NCBI GenBank assembly: GCA_036172245.1
Contig: JAYWIR010000001.1
Location: 4,960,001-5,024,000 of the forward strand
DNA length: 64,000 nucleotides
Source: Raillietiella orientalis
Taxonomy: Eukaryota
Direction: 5' to 3'
A program made the translations under genes and the position numbers. The notes beneath the pieces are model-generated. The model ran no database searches, was not told the DNA's origin, and saw nothing but the letters and a program-made list of their open reading frames with translations. Every line of letters starts with the position of its first letter. Within the stretch, counting starts at the first letter, position 1. Below, in pieces: positions 36,091 to 46,973 of this stretch.

Positions 36091-39000
36091 GTACCTTCCC
36101 TCTTCCAGTTCCTTCTCCCTCTCAATAGCTTAACTACTGAAAGTGGGCTCTGATTACTTGCTTGAATGGGACGGCTGAGATCCAGAAGAAAGAGACATCT
36201 CCATCAGCTTGGTCTTCTCCTTCCGTTATAGTCAGTGGACCCTATAGGTTCCCCAAAAAGACCGTCCTCTTCTCCTTCCTCTGCTCATGGTGCTCTCTCT
36301 CCCTTCTTCCCCCTTCTCCTCTCTGCCGTCGTCATCATCGCCGCGAGCACCACGATCTTGCATTTCTCTTTGTCCCTACTCCGCCTCCGGAAAGGGGAGA
36401 GTCTTTTGAGTTGGTGACGACTCCTTCCTCAGGCAAACTCCCTCGAGGTGTGCCGGAAGGAAAGGTGCCGTTTGGGCGGCTGGATCCCACTCACCCCATT
36501 GTGTTGAGCACCCTATTGTGAACCGTCCTATTGGCAAGCTGTCATCTTTTCTCGGCACTAACGGGAAATCTCGGGATCGTAGGACCGCATGATCAGGAGG
36601 CAGGGGACGCCTCCACATGCTTTCCGTCCACTCTGATACCTCCCCCTTACTTTTTTTTCCTGTCTAACTTTCACGAACCGCCGCAAGGTTCAGAGGGCAC
36701 TGAAGTGCTGCTCTCAGCCTCACCCCTGGGAGCGTCAACCTTCGGCTGAAGACGGTTCCCGTTCAAAGGAATAAAGGAAATCCCAGAAACCAGCAACGGG
36801 AAAAGAAATGTCAATTCCGGTTGAGGAGACGTTCACCTGACTCTACTCCTTGTCCTCCCCGGCTACTTTCAGGGGGATTCTGGAAGAGAAGGCGGTTCGG
36901 ATGCTTTCACCCCTTGATTGGCATGAAGGCAGCACTCCTCTTTCAGGATGGAGCGGTGAGGAGGAGGAGCAGACTTTCAGCAGCAACCGTACTGGAACCA
37001 AATGGAGGTTCCCCACCACAGCTTAACTCATGAGACAAAGGAGGACTCACGGAAGTGGCAGCTGAGAAGGATGCTGCCGGCACTTTGTGGGTTTCTGCCT
37101 CCCATGCTACTGCCAAGGAACGCATCGCTGAAGAAAGGCTTCCGTCCCCAGCTGGTGGAGCTTGCATTACCGTGGATCATTTCCTGGGGACCCCAAGGCA
37201 GATGACTTGGTAGACCCCATGAGAAGGAAAGCCACTCGAGACGAAGAAGTTTCCTCGACGGGAGCTCTGATATCGGTCAGGGATACCACTGAAACCACCC
37301 ACGAGAAGAACTCCTTGGTTCACTGGAGGTGGGAGTCTTGGAAAAGCCATGCCGTGGCGATCTCAGGTGGGAGATGCCACCAAGGAGATTCTCTATGCTC
37401 TGCCTTCCCCAGGAGAAACTCCCGTTGACCCCGTCATCTGTTTCTTACAGCCATCTCGTCCCGTTCTACTTCTGAAAGAACAGTCTTCCTTCCGACTTCT
37501 AGTAATTCGCTTGTGATCTTTTGCTGCTGAGAAGGGAAGCGTAGACCTTCTGCTCCTTCTACCCTGCGCTTTCTTGCATCGGTAGCGATGCCCCTCTCGC
37601 CTCCCGAGAGGAAACTGGCTGGTCGAAAGCAGGATCCTACGGCCAGCGCCACTTTCATCCTCAATCTTTGCTTGAGAGGTTGCACTTTTTTTCTTGAGGA
37701 CGTTCCGAAAGGCGATCTTCTCTCAGGCTTCAGTTGCACTTCAACTCATAGAAACAGGCGACTTTCCTAATTTACTTCCCGCGGAAACTTCGAAAGCCAA
37801 ACCAACGTCCACTTGCTTGTCCGCCTCGAGTGCTCCCGGCTCCCGTTTTCCGCATCGGCCACAGGAAAGGTGTGGCGTGCGTCGATCCGAACAAAGGAGT
37901 CCAGAGCTGGCTGGAGCACAACTAGGGAGAGAGTGGGAGGATGAGCCAGCAAATAAATAATTAAATGGGAGTGGGGATGGACCGGCCTTGCCATAATGAG
38001 CATGATTCCTGAGGGATCGTGTCGAGTGGAGGCAGGTGAGAAGCACGGAGTGCCGTCTCTAGGTTTCGAGCTTGGCTGACCTGGGGCTCTCTAGCACGTC
38101 TCATCCTTGCTCCGGCCAATTCCATCAAGCAGCGATGGCGATGGCCCCTTGGGATAACAGTCATAATTCTCTTGAGTTCCACAAGCCGTTGCTGCTCGCA
38201 TGTGGCTCCGAGTAGCCAAAGAGGGGACTAGCATACCAGAGGAGTTGAGCATTTTTTTCAGGAAAGAGAGGGAACACCAAAAAAAAAGGAAAGATGCTTT
38301 CCAGGATGCATTCGTCCCAAACAGATTCCCCTCCATCTTCCCACCCCATCCCGTGGTTCTCCCATTCTTCGGAGGAGGCTGCAGTCGACGCCGATTCAGT
38401 CTGCTGCTTCTCAGAATGCTTGTGAAGGGCATTCCGGGAAGTATGAAGGCCATCGTCGAGGAGATCAAAAGTGTGCTCCTGCGACGTGCAGCCTCTGAAG
38501 CGTTTCAGAAGCGTGTGAAGCAGCTTTCCCCCATACCACTGTGGTCTCATCCCTTGGGGATTCTCTCCAAGCATTCACAGGCCTGCGTGTCAGTTCAGAT
38601 GGGCTGGTGTGGAGAGAGGAAGATTTCACCTAGTTTGCCCCTTTGCGTTGATAGAGAGATTCAGGAGAGCCACCTGACATCATTCCAGGCAGCAGCCTTC
38701 TTCGATTCATAAGGGAGAGGGGAAACAAGAAAGCAGGCGCACCGCCACTTTCAGCAGCCTGTCAAGCGTGGGAGATTTCATAGGGGTTGAGTACGGCTTA
38801 GGTGCAGCCTCATGGACACCTGCCGAGGAGCTCGTGCAAGCACGTAGGCGGGTCAGTTGCGACCGAGACGAGCTACCGCTCTGGCCTCGAGCAATTTCGA
38901 AGATCGGATCTGGTGCACGAAAGAGCCTATTGACGGCGCTGTCACAGGGGTTCTGGTTAGCGGTCCTGTTCCCCCGCGGGCTGCTGCTTGGAAAATCTGG

Positions 39001-42000
39001 AGAAGGGAAAAAAGCGCGCCTTTTCTCCAAGAAATTCCGGTCGCACGCTTGGGACCCTGACTCCGCCGGAGCACTTTTACTTTCTCTGGAGTGGAACGGT
39101 GGCGCTTCTGCTGAGTCCCGATTCGGAAGAGAGATAAAAACTTATGCAGGAAGCAAGTCAGGGGTGCAGATTCGCCGCCGTTCTCTCGGCGCTGAAGACC
39201 AGCTGAGGCATGCAGCACCTTCCGGAAGATCTAAAAGGAAGTGGAACCTCTCGAGCAGCGGCTGCAGGTCGAAGTGGCGCAGTCCGAATGCAGCTGACTG
39301 GATGTCTCGTTCGCCGAAAGGCGGTGGCTTGTGCTTTTCCAACAAATGTGATACGCATGCAGTTTCCCATTTTTCCGGCGCGCCGTTTTCCAGAAGAGCC
39401 TGCAGAACAGAGTTAGCAGGAAAGAGAAGCAGTGAGCTCTGTAGCACGCCGAGAGAAGATTTCGCTTTCCCCTTTCTAAGCCTTCACCTAAGAAGAAGCA
39501 AATGAAAACTATTGCGGACCGATTTCCCCCTCCCCCACCCGCTGATGAGGTTCTTCGATGAGCCAATGATCACAGAATGAGGCGATGAAAAAGCCCTAAT
39601 CAGGGTGCTTGTCTCCGTTTCATATTGTATCTCCAAACTCTTCCGTCGATAGAGTTGCCGCTCAGATTCTCTCTGCTCTGTTTCATCCTTGGGCGAATCT
39701 TCCGAGTTCGGTGGCAGAAAAGCATCGACTTTGGTGCACCCGAATGCTCGGAACTGCGTATCACAAGTCAGCAGCGCAACCAGATTAGGTCACCTGAACC
39801 TTGCTTCTCGGTTCCACTGGAGGTGGGATGAATTTATTCAAACGGCTTGCATAAGCAACGGTCTCACAGGCAGCACGCTCTCAACGGTTTTCAGTCTGCC
39901 GTTCTTTGCACTAGGAGTCACGCCTGTTGGCTGAATCCGGATTTCTAGGTCGCTGGGGTCCGGTCACTAAGAGATGTTGAGCGTTTTGCTCACCTGGACA
40001 GCATCCTCAATCTTTTTCATGGCGTCCGGACTGGAACTCGGCTGCAGTTTCTGATGTCGATCTCCTGCCGAATGAATCGTCCCAAGATGTCCATGGCAGA
40101 CATTGCTCTTCTCCTATTCTTATTTTTGGCTCTGGGAACGCTGCCGTTCCTTCAAGCAATCCCTCCAGGATTTCCATTCTTGAGCTCCTCTGTATGCCTG
40201 TTACCGCCTTGAGCGCTGCCCAGTCTTGGAGCAGAGTTGGGATGGTGAGCACGTGGAAATGGATTTCCTTGACCCCATTTGCCAAGTAAACTCCGTCTTG
40301 GATGTTGCCTGTCCAATGTTTTATCCACGAGCCACTCAAAATTTCCCCATGATAAAACGTCAGGACCACACGTGATTGTTCTGATCTTTTCCATACTTCG
40401 CGTGTCCGGTGAGTTAAAATACCCTTTGACCTTTTCAACACATCGGAGCAGCCGCATTCGGTGGCGAACTGCTCGCAATCCCGAATAGTCAACCTGCACC
40501 TTGGGTGAATCCACGGCCACGTCTCCGTGGAGCGGGAGAGAAGCAGGGAATCTCCAAGGCCAGTCCTTCATCCCACACGTCCTTTGCTACTAAGCGCTAT
40601 TTTGAATTGGTGAATCCACACCAGCGCCTGCTTTCTCTTCCAGATGGAATCGATGTTCACCCGCCGTCCAAGTCTGCCAAATAGGGCTGGCGTCAGGTCA
40701 TTCGAGTTGGTCAGCAGCTTCGAGTGGGCTCTTTGTGTCTCAAGCGGCTACCTGCCCCAATCCACGATGAGTTGCTTCGAGCCCCACGGCTGGCACGAAC
40801 TGTTCCAGCTACTTCATCGTTGTCCTGTCTCAGGCTGGGTTACCTGAAGAACATCCCATCTCTAAGAAAATGGGTGTCCAAGGACATGACGATTTGCAAC
40901 TTTCTCTCGGGGTATAAGATAAAGGCTGCTCCGAGTGCATCTGGAGAAGCTGAAGTCAGTCTGTGAGCTTTGCTTACGGAAATCCGGTACAGGAAACACT
41001 CGTACACTGACATTCTGCAAGTACCAATCCCCGACATGCAAATGAGGACAGAAGGGCTAAAGACGAATTTGGAAGCGGATCTGGAAAAATCGGAGGCACA
41101 GAAAATGGCTGGAGAAATAGAAGGAACCCTACAAGGAGCTGAATAGTGCAAGCCGAAGATTGGCTTCATATGCCGGCGGGAGAAATCGGAGTCCAATGCA
41201 CTACAAGACTTCACTGGCACAGAAGGACCAACGCTCAAACGCTTCCAGCCGCTTCCAAAATTGCTTATCGGGATGCGGGAAGATGAGGTGGAGAACGGCA
41301 TCTGCGCTTCCGAAAATGGGCTTCTTCTTTTGGAGAGAAAAAGGGGCAGCCAACATTGAAATCCAGAGGCGGGAGGTTCCACGGTTCGCTGCGTTCCTTG
41401 CCCCAACGCAGAGATCGCTGTCCGCCCGCGTCCGTCCGCTGGGTGGCCAGAGGGATCCAGCAGTGCACGACGAGGTGCACGGAACGCAGCGGAAGGTCAC
41501 CTTGTTCACCTTCCCAGCGCACCTTCCCTCTCCCTCGCTTGCTGCGAATCCTGAAGAGGATCACGGTCGTGATTTCCTTGTTCCTGTTCGGTCCCGGAGA
41601 ACCATCCGTCGTCTTCTAGGGACTCAAACGAAGGTCTTAATTTCCGGAGTGATTAGCCTGGATTAATCCAAGTGCCGCCAGCTGCTGGTTTCCGCACGGC
41701 TCGTTCATTTAGCTCGGAAGATAATCCCTAGAACAAACAACGTCCAGGCTAAGACAGGAGGAAAGGAACTGGAAATCTGTTTCCCGTTTTCCCGCTCTTC
41801 CCGAGATCAAATTTATCGGATATTTCGCAGCACGTAAATTCGCAAGAATCGCCAAAAACAAACAGACAAACAAACACATGCGCACGCACGCACACGCACA
41901 CGCACGCACACATGCCAAAAGCCCTTTCCCCTTAGCTACAGAACCACAAGCACTTCGGTTTGCGAGCGTACAAGATGAGGAAAAGTGCGAGGAGAGCTAC

Positions 42001-43437
42001 ACTCGATGACAAGAGCACTTGGTCATAACGGTCCTTGTTGTTTCCCACTGATGAGTTCCGCGGCCGGTGGGAAGAAAAATCGATGAACTCATCACCACTC
42101 TGGACAGCTTCGCGCTTCCTCTGGTTCACGTCGCTCACTGCGCACAAAAGCCCTTCTGACACGATTTCACTGCGTCTCATCCTTGGTCGTTTCTCTGCGG
42201 CGGATCAAAAGGTAACACCTCCAGCATTCGTTCATCTCGTGTAGAATCTTCTCGTCTTCGAGCAGGAAACCAGGTATCTCTCCACAGTGATCACCTAACT
42301 GAGCCAAAGGGGCGAACGAGCAATCAAGATGGTGAGAATGGGACGTGGGGGCATGGCACGCTGCTCACGACAGACGAGAGACCGGGTCTCCGTGGATTCC
42401 AAGCAGGACAGTGGCGATACAACGCGTCCTCTTCCTCCGGGGAGAATCGCCTCGCGTTCGACGTGAGGGTTTCCGCACGGCGCCATCATCGTTCGTTTTC
42501 CAGCGTCGAAGGACGCACGCTTGCAAGAAGGAAACAAGGAGCGATGTCAATGCAAGCGGAACCCATCGGGTCCAGTGGATTCGACAGAAATTCATGTCTC
42601 CTTGTTCAGCTGCTTGGGTGATCGAGTTGTTTTCAACAAGGATTCCATCTCCATCCTTAGGTAAACTGAGTCCAGGAATCCCTGGACAATTGTCCAATTG
42701 AAGCTGCAGCGGCACTTTGATCTGTGCATTCCTCAATGCTTGAGGGTGGAGTGGCGTCCCATTGCAGAAGTTTTGCTGAAATACTTGTCAGTGGCTCTCG
42801 GAACACACGGCTGAAGAGCAAGAAGGCGAGGTTAAACAAGAAAGAAATCAAGAAAGCGGCTGTCGTCATGGAAACCTGTGACGTGCTGGTGTCGCTTCTC
42901 AGTAACTCCCAAGCAGATTCGCCGTAGAAAAAAAAGCAAGTGATCAGGCTCTTGAGCCAAAATGAGCTTCACTAAATCTCAAAACTGAAGGGGGCTATAA
43001 GCCCGGCTTGCTTGAACTCTGGAGCTCGGGTTTTCTGGCTTTTGAGAGCCATCAACAGGGCAGTCTTGGGGAGCCGAACTGGTGCCGTAGGATGAACCAA
43101 ACATTGAGTTGACAGCGTCCGGTGAGCAGCTCATGGGGTCCCTTGTCAGACCTGGCTTCGCTTTGCCCCTGGCTTTGCTCCTGACCAGGCGCGCTTTCCC
43201 AGCGCCAAAGCTCTCTGGAGAAATCTGCTGCTGGACCGTGAACGATGCAAATGTTTCACATGTAACAGCCTCAGGTGAACCAACGTACATACATACTTGA
43301 TGCATATTATGTAGTAGTCCTCATGTGTGTCTCAGGTCAGTTCTTTTTCGTGTGCCTCAACCATTTGCCGACGTGTGTCCGACAGCTCACTGTTAAGAAA
43401 GGAGTTCGACCTGTTAGCGATGGGTGCCGATCGAGAT

Positions 43438-44005
43438 CCCGAAAGGTCATCAAAAATGCACACACGTGCTTGTCTTGTATAGATTAAAATGCCAAATTTA
43501 TTTTAATATACCTAGTCATTCATATTTATTAACATACATATTATTGATATTATTGGAATAGATGTATTTATTGAGATTCAGTGATATACATTTTATTAAC
43601 ATGGGCTGTTCATTATATTATTGCTATATACATTAAATATTATAAAAAATAAATATATGCGCTTAGTATATACATCTATATTTATAGATAATACAAACAT
43701 ATACATATATGTATGCATGACTATATATATTAATGAGAATATGTACATAAATATATATATAAATATAAATGTGCATATACATATATATTATAAGGATATA
43801 CATTTATTTTATATATATATATATTTACAATATAATCAGCAGCTTATTAATTTTATTAATAAATATACGTTACTGAATCTGAATAAATATATCTGTTCCA
43901 ATAGCATGACTGTTAATAATATGAATAATTGTGCACATTAAAATAAATTTGCATTTTAATCTATACAAGACAAGCACGTGTGTGCATTTTTGATGACCTT
44001 TCGGG
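43438..44005. mobile_element. AT-rich foldback/MITE-like element; the whole 568 bp forms an imperfect palindrome
   Basis: Perfect 55-bp inverted repeat CCCGAAAGGTCATCAAAAATGCACACACGTGCTTGTCTTGTATAGATTAAAATGC (43438-43492 vs 43951-44005). Imperfect complementarity continues inward (TATTGGAATAGATGTATTTATTGAGATTCAGT vs its right-arm counterpart). No clear TSD. Confidence 0.85.
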
Positions 44006-45249
44006 GTTCCGATCGTTCGAGATTTTCAAGCAGACGCGTTGCCGATAACAACCAAGCGCTTCCTACTGATGTGACTTCTTCGGTCTTCTACCCTTATCTC
44101 CAAGGAGGCTGGGGAGGCCGATCCGGCCCAGGGAACCTGATCTAGGTTGCACTGCCAGCTGCTGTCCCGTCGCATTCTTATCCAGGGCTTCTGGGACCCC
44201 GGATAACTGGTGGAAAGATGGGAGGAAGAGGGGTCTTGGGCGTGCTGAATCCATCGGTCATTCGCGAATCCACCCGCTGGACGGGAATTCGGAACCGACG
44301 CATGCGTCGCAGGCCTCCTTATCCCTAATGACAGACCCACGCGCTCCACCAGGAAGGTGAGCCCCGCACCTCTGCAGCGAGCTCAAAGGCGTAAGCAAAG
44401 GCTTATTTATTCCTCGGCGTGAATCCATCATGGCAGCGGCAAGGAGGCTGAGGAAAGTCGATTTAGACGTTCCGAATATTAATGATGTGGTCTCCTCCGT
44501 CAGCGCCTTTCTGGAAGAGAAAGATGACTCTCCAAAAAAATTCCATGATTGATCACCGGGAACGACAAGCAGGAGGCTGCGCTCAGCTGACTCCCGTTCC
44601 GTCGACCCGGGAGCTCGCGGCCCCCTGTGGACGCCCATTGCACTGGGACGCGGAAGGAGAGCGCGAGATCCCAGATTCGCGGGCCTGGGGGAGGAAACTG
44701 CCAGCCGACCTGCTGGTGGATGCGGGGAAGCTCCATGTTCTCAGGAGTCGTAGGTCGCGCTGCACCACTCGTTCCCTCCTACGAACTCTCACGCTTTCTC
44801 CCTCCCTCCCCCCCTCGCGTTCCACGCGCGCGGACACGCAATGGGAATTCGAAGGCAGAACGGACGGTTCAGTGAGCAGCGCGATGTGGGGTTGGGAACC
44901 GTAGGGGGTGTGCTTGGCGCGTTGTTCGTGGTGTTCGCAATGCTGACCGCATCGCCTGTACGCGAGCACACGAGATGCAGCTGCAGAGATGAACCTCGTG
45001 AGACGTATCTCTTGCATGCTTTCCATCATCTTGATCCGGGCTACCTGTGGCACGCCTGGGTCAAGGCTCGAGCTGAAGACGATGGCGCCGCGACCACACC
45101 GTCGCCTTTCTCGACACGGGAGGGACGTCCGGAAGGAGGAAGAGAATGAAGTGGGGTCGTCCGGAATGCACCTTGCAGTTTGTCTGTTCGTTTCGGGTTT
45201 CCCTTTTTGGGAAGGTTCGCCAAATGCTAAGAAGCCACTCACCCTTTTA

Positions 45250-46973
45250 TGGGGGAGGGAGGGGGGCTCGCAAAGTTCTTTGGCAATGTCCACGCCACCT
45301 GAGGAAGTGTGCAACCCTTCAATGCAGAGTGTGACCTCGGAGAGACCACCCTATCAATTCAGGAAGGCTATGTAGGCAAGGGTCCGTCCCTCTTACTCTT
45401 GGGAGAAAGCTCCGACGGAAACCACTTCCTCACTTTCTCAAGAGGGACCACCCAGAAAAGAACCGCTCTTCGTTTCCTCCTCGGAAGAGAACCCCGAAGG
45501 GACGTCTCTAAATTTCTCCAAAGGGCGCACTTCTTGCTCTCTGGAGAAGCAACCACCCGAGAGGGGTAACAACCAGCTCCATAATACGGCTCCCTTTTCA
45601 CAACCGAAGGGGAACCCCGAACAACTCGGATTTTTGGAAGAACCTCGGAGGGTCAACCTCCAATCCCGGTCAGTCAACGGGGGGCCATCCGGCTTCCACC
45701 AGTGCCACCGCGAACGGTAGTGTCTGGTTGCAGCGAACCGTTCTCATGTGGACGAGGATCCAGGAGCCACGCGCGGAACTGACGTTTCTGTACGTGCGCA
45801 ACAACAACTGCACGCTGCGGGAGATCCTGGAAGATCCCGTGAAGAGTGCGTGGGCAAGCGGAACCTCCCTCTCCGCAGCGCTGCCCTCCCTTAGGGAGCA
45901 CCTGGGCAGCAGCCTTACGACTGGATGGGAGGTTACTGTGGAAATATCCGGAAGGAGAAAAGGACTGGGCGAGTGGACGACAGGCCAGCTCACCATCGCT
46001 ACCACCCTGATTGCTCGACCTCGTGAACTTTTGCGCTGGGGCATGCTACTGGGTATTCCGGAGGAAGATCTGCAGTGGACCCCGGTGCTCATGAACACCC
46101 GCACCCTCTTTTTAAAGTGGCAGGAGTCGGCGTTGATACTGCTGCACTGGGGGCTTCCGTGCAACGCCTGCCGACATCATTGGACACGGAACAAGGGGGT
46201 GGATCCGAACTGTGCAAGGTGCAAGGAGAGGGAATCCCTCCTGTACCTCCTAGTGGACTGTGTTGCCCTCCAGCCTCTTTAGGGACGCTTGGCCACGACC
46301 CTTGGAACCCCCGTCTGCAACGCCAGAAACGTTTGAAAGCGCCTCTTCCTGAGCGACGCCCTCACGCCGGCCGCATCCCCAGCAACACTGAGCTGCCTGC
46401 GCGGGATCGTGGCTGCATGGAGCAATGCCAGAGGAGGCTAGGACGACAGGAACGCCATCCACTCTGCTGTCCTCTTCATGGGAATAGAGTCAAGATGGTC
46501 CCATCTGGAAGCCTCGAAACAGTAACTTGCCGGCATCCGTACAAGGATGCAGAGGAGACCTCCAGCACACAGTGATCCTTTCCCGAACACCCCTCATTTT
46601 TCTGATTGTATGTTTTTGTTTTATTTTTTTCTTTCTGTTTGTCTCCCTTTCCCCTGTGCTGCCCAGGTGAATCCTGCTGGACTGCGTGCCAGTTCTCAGC
46701 AGGTTCCTTCTCGTAGTTATGAGTAACGTGGAGGGATCAAACGTCCTGCCAAAGACGTTTATTTTTATAAATAAACGCCCCGGAGTGACCGGGTGTCAAT
46801 CAGTGCTGCACCCAAAGCCCATAGGCCAACCAGCATCATCCTGAGGGGGAAGAAGGACTCGAAACCCACGACGCACTCATTTCTCGGATTCGATGATCCC
46901 CTGGGCGGGATTCGAACCCGCGACGTTCTGTGCCACGCGCGGAGATAGCAGCTACACGGCCACTAACGCAAGC
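45250..46973 (-). mobile_element. tRNA-derived SINE family B copy, split by a LINE insertion
   Basis: Head at 46801-46973 with perfect B box (GGATTCGAACC at 46908-46918) and tRNA-like CTCCGCGCGTGGCACAGAACGTCGCGGGTTCGAATCCCGC. The body resumes at 45709 and runs to the G-rich 3' end at ~45250, matching the other copies. Confidence 0.8.
45710..46800 (+). mobile_element. 5'-truncated L1/Tx1-like non-LTR retrotransposon (ORF2 C-terminus with zf-RVT CCHC domain plus 3'UTR)
   Basis: ORF 45728-46282 ends KWQESALILLHWGLPCNACRHHWTRNKGVDPNCARCKERESLLYLLVDC, the typical L1-clade zf-RVT pattern. It is followed by a T-rich 3'UTR, AATAAA at 46770 and a terminal hairpin. Flanked by degenerate duplication CAGTGCCACC / CAGTGCTGCACC. 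Confidence 0.75.

Noticed and set aside
43621-43941. 106-aa Ile/Tyr/Asn-rich ORF
   Set aside because: Artefact of the AT-rich interior of the foldback element.
46899-46973. tRNA gene (His-like)
   Set aside because: B box is present but the acceptor and D stems do not fold, and it is attached to a repeated body; treated as a SINE head.
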